Positions 1-13,592 are shown, counted from the first letter of the stretch. The stretch: DNA of 40,690 nucleotides from Octopus sinensis (GCF_006345805.1 NW_021835901.1:1-40690), one strand, 5' to 3'. Numbers and translations are program-made. The notes: a model not told the origin generated them from the letters alone.

Positions 1-67
1 AACAAACTTACTCAGGTGAAAAAACCTTAAAACTCAAACTTATCCAACTGAAAACTTCTGATTCAAG
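1..67 (+). other. Possible 5' non-coding exon of the ANK-RING-Death gene
   Basis: Strong donor CAAG|GTAAGG at 67/68. An acceptor at 4197 lies 2 nt before the ATG at 4200. If joined, there is an in-frame TGA at 49-51. Confidence 0.45.
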
Positions 68-128
68 GTAAGGAAAAAATTTTCTTGTCTTAAATCTTGT
101 CATATATATATATATATAATATATATAT

Positions 129-440
129 ATATATTTAGTGTAGGAAGAAATGGAGCTGAACGAAGATTTAACAAAATTCCTTTATTATTTTTCTACATAT
201 GTTTCGAAGGCTGCAAAGTCCTAATTGCAGCCTTCGAAAAATATGTAGAAAATAATATAAGGGATTTTGTTAAATCTTCGTTCAGCTCCATTTCTTCCTA
301 CACTAAATATATAAAACTTCAAATTTCCGCATTAAGGCACGGTTTTTATGCCCAATGGTCGTAACTTCAACCGTGCGTTTTCTTGTGATTTTGCTACCCG
401 GTTTCGGTTAGCATTTGAATTATCCGTAAAAAGAGAATTC
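129..440. mobile_element. Penelope-like terminal-repeat fragment with an ~88-bp-arm palindrome
   Basis: Arms about 129-216 and 225-312. Contains GAAACATATGTA (hammerhead 3' half) on the - strand. A related copy lies at 7195-7510. Confidence 0.5.
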
Positions 441-564
441 ATTTATCTATTCAATACATTATATAGATATATAATATATATAATATTTTATCTTTTACTA
501 CTCAAAGCTGCGGACATGCTGGGGCACACTGTCATTATTGAGAACTTCCTCTGATATGTGGCAT

Positions 565-2334
565 TTGGTGATTTGAATATTTTCTTCTACGGAATGAAGA
601 GCAAGCCTTCTCCTATCATACTCTCAATTTTAGTCAACTTGCGCCACAGGGTCTCGGAGGAGATAGTGTTAGTTGAAGGCTACCAAACCTGCCATACTCA
701 GACAACTTCAGCTTTATATATATACTAGCAGTATCGCCCGGCGTTGCTCGGGTTTGTATCGACCCTTTAGAATTGGAATTTTTGAAAATAAAAATTTGCA
801 TTATGTAGCTTGTTATCTCTTTAAGTGACACATTTCTGGTTTATCTGGTTGAAATACACCAAAAAAGGCGATACAACAGTAAAAAAAATCGTAAAAAATA
901 GGGATTTTCATAGAAAAAAAGCACCTTTTTGATGTGAAAAATTTTTGGTGTTAACATGGTCCGATTTGAATTTTTTCTTCTACGGAAGGAAGAGCAAGCC
1001 TTCTTCTATCATACTCTCAAAAAACATGATCAACTTGCGCCACAGGGTCTCAGAGGAGCTAGTGTTAGTTTGAAGGCTACCAAACCTGTCATACACAGAC
1101 AACTTCACCTTTATATAAAGATAAAAAAAACACCTTTTTGATGTAAATAATTTTTGGTGTTAACATGGTCCGATTTGAATCTTCTTCTACGAAAGAAGAG
1201 CAAGCCTTCTTCTATCTACTCTCAATTTTGGTCAACTTGCGCGCAGGGTCTCCGAGGAGATGTTATTTGAAGGCTACCAAACCTGCCATACACAGACAAC
1301 TTCACCTTTATATATAACGATAAAAAAATCACTTTTTGATGTAAATAATTTGGTGTTAACATGGTCGATTGAATCTTTTCTTCTACGAAAGAAGAGTGCA
1401 AGCCTTCTTCTATCATACTCTCAATTTTGGTCAACTTGCTCCGTAGGGTCTCCGAGGAGATAGTGTTAGTTGAAGGCTACCAAACCTGCCATACACAGAC
1501 AACTTCAGCTTTATATATATACTAGCAGTATCGCCCGGCGTTGCTCGGGTTTGTATCGACCCTTTAGAATTAGAATTTTTGAAAAGTAAAAATTTTGCAT
1601 TATGTAGCTTGTTATTCTCTTTAAGTGAACATTTTTCTGGTTGAAATACACCAAAAAATGGCGATACAACAGTAAAAAACATCGTAAAAAATAGGGATTT
1701 TCATAGAAAAAAAGCACCTTTTTGATGTGAAAAATTTTTGGTGTTAACATGGTCCGATTTGAATTTTTTCTTCTACGGAAGGAAGAGCAAGCCTTCTTCT
1801 ATCATACTCTCAAAAAACATGATCAACTTGCGCCACAGGGTCTCAGAGCCTGTGTTTAGTTTGAAGGCTACCAAACTGTCATACACACACAACCAACTTC
1901 ACCTTTTATATAACGATAAAAAAACCACCTTTTTGATGTAAATAATTTTTGGTGTTAACATGGTCCGATTTGAATCTTTTCTTCTACGAAAGGAAGAGCA
2001 AGCCTTCTTCTATCATACTCTCAATTTTGGTCAACTTGCGCGGCAGGGTCTCCGAGGAGATAGTGTTATTTGAAGGCTACCAAACCTGCCATACACAGAC
2101 AACTTCACCTTTATATATAACGATAAAAAAATCACCTTTTTGATGTAAATAATTTTTGGTGTTAACATGGTCCGATTTGAATCTTTTCTTCTACGAAAGG
2201 AAGAGCAAGCCTTCTTCTATCATACTCTCAATTTTGGTCAACTTGCTCCGTAGGGTCTCCGAGGAGATAGTGTTAGTTGAAGGCTACCAAACCTGCCTCA
2301 CGCACAGACAACTTCAGCTTTATATATATATAGA
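565..2334 (-). mobile_element. Head-to-tail array of non-autonomous Helitrons (one partial + two ~800-bp copies) with internal ~200-bp tandem repeats
   Basis: On the - strand the copies end CCCGAGCAACGCCGGG (hairpin)...CTAG|T at 725 and 1522. The array starts A|TC at 2334. Each copy has about three 200-210-bp subrepeats. Confidence 0.78.
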
Positions 2335-2454
2335 TTATATGTTATGTATATATAGCTATATATATTTTTTACATATTTATAGAGATATTATTTTATAGGC
2401 TTATTGCTCATATATTTTTTACACATATTATTTCTCTATTCTACCTTCCACCCT

Positions 2455-3875
2455 GCATTTTCCCTGTGCGTATATAGACGTGTACATGGAATCTTTTGTG
2501 CGTGCGTGTGGATGTGTGCGGGTATGTGCGTATATAGACGTGTGTGTGTGCGTGCATGCGAGTATGTGCGTATATAGACGTGTGTGTGTGCGTGCATGCG
2601 AGTATGTGCGTATATAGACGTGTGTATGAACCGTTTATTGTGCGCGCATGTGTGTGTGTGTGTGTGGATGTGTGCAGATACGGGTGTATATAGACGTTTG
2701 TGTGTGCGTATATAGACGTGTTTCACTCATTGCTTTTTTACACATTTTCCTGTATTTTGCCTTTAGCCCTGTTTTTTCTTGTGCGTATATAGACGTGTGT
2801 ATGAACCATTTATTGTGCGCGCATGTGTGTGTGTGTGGATGTGTGCAGATAGGGTGTATATAGACGTTTGTGTATGCGTTTATATACGTATTTTACTCAT
2901 TGCTTTTTTACACATTTTCCTGTATTTTGCCTTTAGCCCTGTTTTTTCTTGTGGTATATAGACGTGTGTATGAACCGTTTATTGTGCGCGCATGTATGTG
3001 TGTGTGGATGTGTGCAGATACGGGTGTATATAAGTTTTGTGTGTGCGTTATATAGACGTGTTTTACTCATTGCTTTTTTACACAATTTCATGTATTTTGC
3101 CTTAAGCCCTGTTTTTTCTTGTGCGTATATTAGATGTGTTATGAAACGGTTTAGTGTGCGCGCATATGTGTGTGTGTGGATGTGTGCAGAGATACGGTGT
3201 ATATAGACGTTTGTGATGTGCGTATATAGACGTGTTTTACTCATTGCTTTTTTACACATGTTCCTGTATTTTGCCTTTAGCCCTGTTTTTTCTTGTGCGT
3301 ATATAGACGTGTGTATGAACCGTTTATTGTGCGCGCATGTGTGTGTGTGTGGATGTGTGCAGATACGGGTGTATATAGACGTTTGTGTGTGCGTATATAG
3401 ACGTGTTTTACTCATTGCTTTTTTACACATTTTCCTGTATTTTGCCTTTAGCCCTGTTTTTTCTTGTGCGTATATAGACGTGTGTATGAACCGTTTATTG
3501 TGCGCGCATGTGTATTGTGTGTGGATGTGTGCAGATACGGGTGTATATAGACGTTTGTGTGTGCGTATATAGACGTGTTTTACTCATTGCTTTTTTACAC
3601 ATTTTCATGTATTTTGCCTTTAAGCCCTGTTTTTTCTTGTGCTTATATAGACGTGTGTATGAACCGTTTATTGTGCGCGCATATGTGTGTGTGTGGATGT
3701 GTGCAGATACGGGTGTATATAGACGTTTGTGTGTGCGTATATAGACGTGTTTTACTCATTGCTTTTTTACACGTTCCTGTATTTTGCCTTTAGCCCTGTT
3801 TTTTCTTGTGCTTATATAGACGTGTGTATGAACCGTTTATTGTGCGCGCGTGTGTGTGTGTGTGGATGTGTGCAC
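2455..3875. repeat. ~170-bp tandem repeat (about 7.5 copies) preceded by ~40-bp units
   Basis: GAACC anchor at about 2628, 2803, 2972, 3143, 3317, 3488, 3661 and 3830; GTATATAGACGT occurs three times per unit. Confidence 0.92.
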
Positions 3876-4199
3876 TTGTGTGTGTGTGTGTGCGTGCGTG
3901 CGCGCGTGTGTGGGTGGGTGGGTGTGGGTGTGGGGGTGTGTGCATGCATGTGTGACCAATGAGACTGTGGTGAGCAGAGCAATGTAGCAAAACCAAAAGA
4001 TGCAACACAATGACTGTTGTTAGGTTTATTAGTGTCAAGAAGAACATTCAACTCTAAATAATTCTTGAGATAAGCTGAAGTTTTTAATATTTATGTCATT
4101 TCATGGGAGATTTGAGAAACACAGTCTTCTTTAAATTGCTCTTTACCTCATTTTATAAGTTTTTAAAAACTATCTTACTTACCTTTTTATTCAAAAGAC

Positions 4200-4283
4200 A
4201 TGGATGTAAATAAGATTATAAGCAAGATTCAGAATGGAGACTTTGAAGATGTTGAACGGCTTATCAAAGAAAATCCTGATAAA
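4200..4283 (+). CDS. Coding exon 1 ([28 protein letters not shown]), N-terminal ankyrin cap
   Basis: TCAAAAG|ACATG acceptor; AAA|GTAAGT donor; ends phase 0. Confidence 0.8.
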
Positions 4284-7119
4284 GTAAGTTTACTTTATAT
4301 TGCTTCTTCAATGTTGAATGTTTGTTTATTATTTTATACACAATATTAAATATTCCTAAATAACCAGATATATTTGTCCATAATATTTCATTTCTTTCTT
4401 TACCTCTTTCCTCTAATCCTCATCATTGTCACTTTTTATAAATATTCAACCAGACAATGAGGTATGCCAGAATTGATGGAATGTGAGTGAGAGAGAAACC
4501 CATCCTCACACACTGCAATGGAGTATTCTGGCAGGAAATATTCATTCCAAGAGATGGGGGACAGATGGATCCTATAGATAAATGGTGACTTTGTCAAGAA
4601 ATTCTCTTGCCATACACAGTTAAAGGTTTTACCGACGTCAAGGGCTACACCATTTCTTTTGCAGAAGTTGTCAAACATAACCAAAACACTGGGGAGTCAC
4701 GTAGGAATCAGACCCCTGCTTGAACCAGCTTTATGGAACTGTACTGGGGCTCATTGAATAGAGAAAGATACCCAAAGGGACAAAGATGATGGTTGTTTAT
4801 GACTTTTTACTTCATAATTGAAATATTGGAAGTTAGAATGACTGGCTGGTAGTCAGCAGATAGGACACTATCAGCAAGAATTATAAAACAGGGTTTCTCT
4901 AAGAGAGTAGTGCTACCCTTTGGTAGGGATTGTGGAAAATTTTATAAGGACCAGGGAGCCAAGGCGGCTGTGGTGGTACAAATATATGAAACTCAATGTG
5001 TAGTTGAGTTTGGATCAGAAACTAAAGTGCATCAAATTTTCACTTATTGTGGGGTGGTGCTGTGGTAAGTAGTCACCCATGTCAAGACTAGGACCCAAAG
5101 GTAAATTAATCTGACCTGTGAGAATATTAAAAATTAGGGATATTTCTAGAATAGCCAAGCATGTGGATCATCATATAGAATGAGGATACATGTATATAAA
5201 TACATGCCAGCCTCGCCTGGCCCCCGTGCCGGTGGCACGTACAAAGCACCCTCCGATCGCGGCCGTTTGCCAGCCTCGTCTGGCACCTGTGCCAGTGGCA
5301 CGTAAAAAGCACCCACTACACTCACGGAATGGTTGGTGTTAGGAAGGGCATCCCGCCGTAGAAACATTTTCCAGACCAGACTGGGCCTGGTGCAGCCTTC
5401 TGGCTTCCCAGACCCCAGTTGAACCGTCCAACCCATGCTAACATGGAAAGCTGACGCTAAACGAACGATGATGATATATATCAAATTAATTAGAATTAAA
5501 ACCACTATTAGGCAAATCAAACAGTGAAAAACATAAGCCAAAGCATAAAAATAAAAATAAATATAATATACAAAATATATAAGATATAAAATTTAAAATT
5601 CATATCATTTAATTTATTTAAATTTAAAATTATTAATTTATATTTTTAAATTTAAATATTTTTTAAATATTTTAAAAATTTAAATTAATAAACTTTTAGA
5701 TTAAAAAAAAATTTAAATATATAACAATCAAAAAGTATTAAAAAGTTTAATATACGATAATAAGTATATATATATATGTGTGTGTGCATGTGTGTATGTG
5801 TATGCACACACACACTCACATATATATATACATACACAAATACATATTTACAAATATATAATTAGACACGCACATACTTGTATGTGTGTGTGTGTGTGCT
5901 CTTATATATATATAACATGATGTGTGTGTGTGTGTGTGTGTGCATTTGTACTGGTGTGTGTGTGTGTGCATGTGCGAGTATGTAGGCATACTGGTGTGTG
6001 TATGTGTCTGCGTGCATGTGCATGTGTGTGTGTATATCTTTATTTCTCTTTCATATTCCTTTTTTTCACTCCTGCATCTTCTTTACTCTATCTTTCCTCT
6101 TCTCTCTCCCCCCTCTCTCTCCTCTCTCTATCTCTCTCTCTCTTTTAATATATTTCACGTCTTCTCTTTCTTCTCTTCAGGTTAAAGAAACAACTTCAAA
6201 TGGCCTTACATTACTCATGGCTGCCTGTGAACGAGGCAGCATAAGTTTAATAACCTTATTGACAGAATCTGGCGCTGATCTCAACATCGGAGACAAAGAC
6301 AAGAGGACAGCATTGCATTATGCTGTGGATAAGTAAGGCTTGAATTAACTAAAATCTTCAGATCTGCTTTTGTTTCAAAATTTTTTGCAATTCCAGACTA
6401 TTTGAATATCCAAAGATACCATAATAGTGGCAGTGTGACACGATAACAGCATGATAGTAGTAACCAAATAACATCTTTTTCTCATTTTCTCCATGAATCC
6501 TCTTCATTGAATCACAAAAATCTTTGTCATCATTTCTTGTCATAACAGATTCTTTTTGTTTTGGAGATATTCTTTGAGATCCAACAGTTCTTAAGATTGA
6601 CGCTGTGTGATTCAGTGTCCTTTCTTGATATTGATTTTGGAGAGATCGATCAATTTTTCTCCAAAGAAAATGTTATTTGAGATCCAAAACATGAAGAAAG
6701 ATTCTCAAGCTTGTTTTGGCAGTAAATAATCTGTAAATTTCTTACAGAAATTATTTCTCACCTCCATCTATAACTTACTCAACACATTTTTAGATGTATT
6801 GTATTTTGAATTGTGCTTCATAAGGTCGCCTTCGAAACATGCTTGACTCCACTAGCGACAGCTGATGACGGGGGTTTTGTCCTTGTGTAGCTCGTCCTGT
6901 AATTGTTTTTGCGTTTTCTTGTTTTTCGTTTTTCGTTTTCTTGTTTTTTGTTTTTTTGTTTTTTCCGTTTCTACGTCTTATTGTGATGTCCTGTACTCAC
7001 GTATAATTATTTATATATGCATGTATATATACATGTAGATGTAGGTACGTACATATATGTTTGTATGTATGCATATATTCTTATTTATCACCTATATATA
7101 TATATATATATATATGGAT

Positions 7120-7187
<68 letters not shown>

Positions 7188-7566
7188 TATATATATTAAA
7201 AATATAAGTTTATGAAAGAATGGAGTTGAACGACTTAACAAATATCCTTTATTCTCGACATATGTTTCGAAGGCTGCATATTCCTAATTCTCGAAACATA
7301 TATTTCGAAAATAAAGGAAATTTGTTAACAAGTCGTTCAACTCCATTCTTTCATAAACTTATATTTTTTAAATAAACATACAAATTTCCGCACGAAAGCA
7401 CGTAGTCGATGCCCTAGGGACGTAACTTCAACCGTGTTCTTTCTGATGTGAATTTGCTACCCAGGTATCGGTTATCTTTCGAATTATCCTTAATAAGATA
7501 ATTCATTCAACTACTCAAATATATATATATATGTAAATATATATATATATATATATATGTATGTAT

Positions 7567-7647
<81 letters not shown>

Positions 7648-10600
7648 ACACACACACACACAGACGAGGCTGTAGTATACATGGGTTTTTATGCATTTGA
7701 TGGAACACGAGTGTATATTTAACGTAATTATTAAGTGAATGTCCTTTTTTTCCCTTTCAGCCGTCAAACTGAGGCTGTGGCCTTCTTAGTCTCCAGGAGA
7801 GCAAATGTTAATGAGCAGAACTCACAGGGCGACACACCTCTACATCGGGCTGTGTGGAACAAAGATGAAGATGTAGTCAAAGTCCTGTTAAATATCAAAG
7901 GAAACAACAATTTACAGGTTAGCGAATATATATATATATATATATAAATATTGTTTAAATATATTTGCTTGTTTATTTAACTATTATCATTAACCTGAAG
8001 ATTGACTATAACTGTAATTCGAATTTTTAATTGAATTTAAATTATTGTAATTCGAATTAGGTTATGGCCATGAAACGTACGTAGTGGTTTTACTTATTAC
8101 CTTATATTAAACTTTTCAATACTTTTTCATAGTTATATATATTTATTAAAAAAAATTTAATTTAATAATTTAAAAATCTATTAATTTAAAATTTAAAAAA
8201 TGTAAAAATTTATAAATATAAATTAAAAATTTTAAATTTAAATAATTTAATTTAAAATTTTATATTTTATATATTTTATATTAATCATATTTATTTTTAT
8301 GTTTTGGTTTATGTTTTTCACTGTTTGATTTGCCTAATAGGGGTTTTATCTCAAATTTAATCTATATTTATACTGTGAAACCTGATTTAATCCTAAATCT
8401 AATTCTTCCCTGTAAGTTTGGATTTAATCCCTAATATTATTATTGCGCAGGAGTGGCTGTGTGGTAAGTAGTATGTTTATCAACCACATGGGTCCGGGTT
8501 CAGTCCCACTGCGTGGCACCTTGGGCAAGTGTCTTCTACTATAGCCTCGGGCCGACCAATGCCTTGTGAGTGGATTTGGTAGACGGAAACTGAAAGACAC
8601 CTATTGTGTATGTATGTGTGTGTGTATATATATATGTGCGTGTATGTTTGTGTGTCTGTGTTTGTCCCCCTAGCATTGCTTGACAACCGAAGCTGGTTTG
8701 TTTATGTCCCCGTCACTTAGGGTAAACTTAGCGGTCCGGCAAAAAGAGACCGATAGAATAAGTACTGGGCTTACAAAAGAATAAGTCCCGGGGTCGAGTT
8801 GCTCGATTAAAGGCGGTGCTCCAGCATGGCCGCTGTCAAATGACTGAAACAAGTAAAAGAGTAAGAGTATATGCAAACACACATGTGTGTGTGTCTGTGT
8901 GTATAGATACATTATAAATCTCACCTATTTATTTCCCCCCACCTTCATTCCACCTGTTTAAATTTATCTGATTCTTTTTTTCTGACATTTTTCATTTTTT
9001 TCCTTCTTCCCCCAATAAACACCATCTTTTATGTCTTTACTGTTTATCCTTTTTAGGTTAACAAGAAAAATAAGGATAGTAAGACACCGCTCCATCTTGC
9101 TTCTCAGAACGGGCAAACGAAGATTGTAAAACTTCTCCTTGAACACAATGGCACAGACATCTGTGCTGTGACCAATTCAGGTGACACACCTCTGCATCTG
9201 GCCTCATTCCTTGGACACATAGACATTGTAAAACTTCTCCTACAACAGAAAGGCACTGGTATCTGTGCTGTGACCCAATCTGGTTGTACACCTCTACATC
9301 ATGCCTGTCGGTATGGACACACAGACACAGCTACACTTCTCCTACAACAAAATGGCATCGATGCCAATAAAGTGGACAAAGCTGGTGACACTCCTCTCCA
9401 TCTGGCAGTTCAAAAGTAAGTCCCCAATGGATTTGGATTATCCAAATCTGTTTCTTTAATGTTTGTTTTCTTGTTTTAAGTCATTCATGTCATAATCCCA
9501 CCATGGGTCATCATACTTCAACTCCCTCTCTCTCACACTCTAATGACACTGTAATCTAACTTCATTAATTAGTCATCATAATTATTGTTGTTGTTGTTGC
9601 TACCTGGCTAGATTCTTTACTTCATCTCATCCTTCATTATCTCAACGTTACAGGTTCAAATCATCTCCCTTCTTCTTTCCATTCCATGTAAAACACCTCA
9701 CCCCCTCTCTCTTGTAATTTTCCTCTTTCCTCTGGTCCTGGGCTAAATGCAGAATCATACCCTTACTTTGATCTGTTTATGTTCCAAGTTCAAATCCTGA
9801 TGTGAAAATCTGTACCAGTAATATCCAGGGGTTCATTTAATAAATTGTCCTCCCTCTTTTCTCCTTTACTTGTGTCTGATTACTGTTGGATGGAATACCT
9901 TGTGGTGTTTATTTACCACCCTTTATGTTCAGAGTTCAAATCCTGCTGAGGTCACCTTGTCCTTCCATCTTTGCTAGGCTGATAAAATACAATACCAGTC
10001 ATATACTGGGGTCCTTATAATCCACATTATCGCTTCTCCCCATCCTAAATCTCATGTCTATATAATAGGTGTTCATCATACTATAAATAGATTGCTGTGT
10101 TTACTCAGGTGTGTATATATATATCGTTGGTCTATAATGTAGAGAGTATATTGAATATACGAGAGGGGTACCCAAAAGTAACCGAAAACGTTTCTGTGTG
10201 GGGCAAGGCCATTGAAGTTCAGGCTTCTGCTCCTAGAAGCCACTTGATGCGATACTCAGGCATAAGCCTGCCAAGTGGCATCTTCTAGGATGGTGCTGTT
10301 ACCATATGGTGCATCTTTGTTTTGCAGGGCTTCTCCCCTGTTCGAGTTTTGCAATGGCTGAAATGAAGGATCAGCTTGCTTCCATGAAATTCTGTTTTCT
10401 GCTGGAGAAAACTGCAGCCGAAACAGTTGTTATGCTTCAAACAGTTTACGAGGACACTGCCATGATGCCACGAGCAAAACACAAGATCACAAGTGGTTTT
10501 CTTGCTTTTCGAATGGTCACTTGTCACTTGAGGTCCAACCTTATTCAGGGCAGCCATCAAGCTCCCGAACGAATGAAAACATCATGAAAATTCATGAACT

Positions 10601-13455
10601 GATTTTGGAAGACATTCACCGAACAATTGACCAAACTTGTTGATATGACTGGTGAGTCTTCGAGCTCCTGTCAACGAATATTGAGCGAGGAATTGCAAAT
10701 GAAAAGTGTTGCAGCAAAATTTATGCTTCACTTGCTCACAGAAGATCAAAAGCATTCATGGTTGAATGCATTTCGTGAACTGAAAAAACAGCTGGAAGTC
10801 AGTCGCTATCTTTTATCGAAGGTCATCAATAGTGACAAAATCTGGTGCTACAGAATTTGCAGGTGTGGAAGAGATGAAGAAAAATACGATTGATGCTTCG
10901 AGAGGCATCACTTTGCCAGTGTTCCAGCACTGCTTTGAATAGAGGAAAACGCGTCTGGATTAATGCATTGTTTCAAATGGGGGGATATTTTGAAGGTGAT
11001 AAAAGTGTTAATACGTAAAACTAAGCAAATAAAATAATATTGCAAAATTCCGGGTGCTTTTGGGTCCCCACCTCATATATAACTTAGATAACTTAGATAT
11101 GTTTCAACCAAAGATTGGTCCAGGCCATGTCTAACTTAATAGCACCACCTGACAGGATTATTCAAATCTTGTTTAAGTCAAGTTTTGTTTAAGTCAATTT
11201 TTGTTCAAGTAGTGAGTTCTTGTTGGGTGAGTTGTATCCAATTATGGGTGGCTTATCTGGTATTCTTTGAAGGAATCTATCCAGACTCCGTTTAAAGTTG
11301 ATGGGATCCTTTTCCTCTTTGATCTCCCTCGGGACAATGTTAAATAGGGCAGGGCCTGTTGAGGAAAAGAAATTATGTTGCAGTGTACATGTATGTTGTG
11401 ATCTTGAATTGGGCAGGGGACGTATGGCCCGTGGTCCCAGTGTTGGATGAACCTTGAAGCTAATGTTAAGGTCGTTTGGGCAAAGTTGGCGGTATATTCT
11501 CCACATCGTACAAATGATGTACCGCTATATAAATGTAGGATCCAAGGATTGATGGGTAGGAAGGTGAGCTTCAACCAATCCATAGAAAATTTTAAAAAAA
11601 ACTTTAAGGAACAAAACGGGTTTATTAGGGCTCCAGGTTGTTGATTTTTTCCTTATTGAATCTTCTGTATGTTAACCTGTGCCTCTCCTATTGACAGTGT
11701 AAACTTCTTTTAATGAAGATACGCTTGGTCTGAAGAGTAGCCAGTGGTATACACCTCACCTGGATAGTTACCAGTTTCGATGTTCCGCTTGCTTTGAAAC
11801 ATACGTAGCCCAGATTTTATCTACACTATTCCTTCACTCATATATTTATGTATGTATATATATACATATATATATATATATTTTTTACTACCCCCAAGGG
11901 GCCAAAAACAGAGGGGACAAACAAGGACAGACAAACGGATTAAGTCGATTACATCGATCCCAGTGCGTAACTGGTACTTAATTAATTTATCGACCCCGAA
12001 AGGATGAAAGGCAAAGTCGACCTCGGCGGAACATGAACTCAGAACGTAACGGCAGACGTAATACGGCTACACATTTCGCCCGGCGTGCTAACGTTTCTGC
12101 CAGCTCGCCGCCCTATAAAGAATACAACAGGGGTCACCACCACCCCCTGCCGGAGCATCGTAGAGTTTTAGGTGTTTTCACTCAATAAACACACACAACG
12201 CCCGGTCTGGGAATCGAAACCGTGATCTTCCAATATATATACATGTATAGTCACATATGTATAATATGTATTTGTGTGTATGTAATTATTGATGTAATTT
12301 GGTTATAATGACCTAATTACATTTGTTTTAATTAATCTAATTATAATTATTTATTTCCTTTCCTCTTTCTATAACTTTCAGGCAACACCATAATGTGGTG
12401 GCTGCAATGCTGGCCCAGGTTAGTTAACAAATACATAATTATATCCTGTCTTTAATATTCAATATTAATATCATCAAAATACCAGTGAAATTCTGGGGGT
12501 AGGTTTAATCAACTTCACTGCAGCAGCCTTTAAACAGCAGGTCTTGGGTCTGTGAAGAATAATTATGTTGGTGATAACAATGATGATAGTAGTAGTGGTG
12601 GTGACAGTCCAACTGACCACCACTGCTGACAGTACTATCTTCAATGGTCAGACAAAACAAGGTCATTATAAATTCAACACATATATATCAGATTATATAT
12701 ATTATCATCATGATGTATGTATGTATGTATGTATGTATGTATGTATGTATGTATGTATGTATGTATGTATGTATGTATGTATGTCAGGTCACTTTCTAGG
12801 GCTACTGGTAACATGTAACCCAGTACAACCTGTTGCATGGTCGGGTCGTCGACGACTAAACCGGCAACCCCACCAAGCTTGCTTGGTGAGGAGGGTGTTT
12901 ATTGGACACCCTGTGGGATGAAAAACAAAACCCGTCAAAGGGTGGGGGAACTCTTGAGAGTCAACGGCCATCCAATAAATGTCTTAAGGCTGTATCATGC
13001 GTGGGGACATAGAAATAATCTGAATACCCGATTGCGCGGTTAAATCATTGAGAGTGAAGGACTCCTAGCCTTTGTTAGGGCATCCTTCTAGGAGAAGGTA
13101 ACTCAGGTAACTGGGATAACGCTGACATAAAACCTGCGGCTCAGTGGTTACCGATGATGTTGACTTTTTCTTCTTTTCGGATTATGGCTGCTGTTGCTTA
13201 GTGAGTGGGATTGACTCAGTGCACAGCCTTTCCTCACTTTAAAAAAATCTCCTTGCAAAGGCATTGCACGATAACAACATTGATTAAGCTTCGTGCAATG
13301 GCCATACTCGATAACGAGGGGGCAGCCACCATGTATGTATGTATGTATGTATGTATGTATGTGTGTGTGTGTGGGTATGTATGTATGTATGTATGTATGT
13401 ATGTATGTGTGTGTGTATGTATGTACGTATGTATGTGTGTGTGTGTGTGTGTATG

Positions 13456-13489
<34 letters not shown>

Positions 13490-13517
13490 TGCATGTATGT
13501 ATGTATGTATGTATGTA

Positions 13518-13554
<37 letters not shown>

Positions 13555-13559
13555 ATGTA

Positions 13560-13592
<33 letters not shown>

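Noticed and set aside
348-2398. Repeated short ORFs (MVLTWSDLN...)
   Set aside because: They arise from Helitron subrepeats, and frames are not conserved between copies.
6825-6900. CGAAACATG followed by CTGATGA as a permuted hammerhead
   Set aside because: No UH cleavage site with consistent stems I and III, and no GAAAC downstream of CTGATGA; at most fragments.
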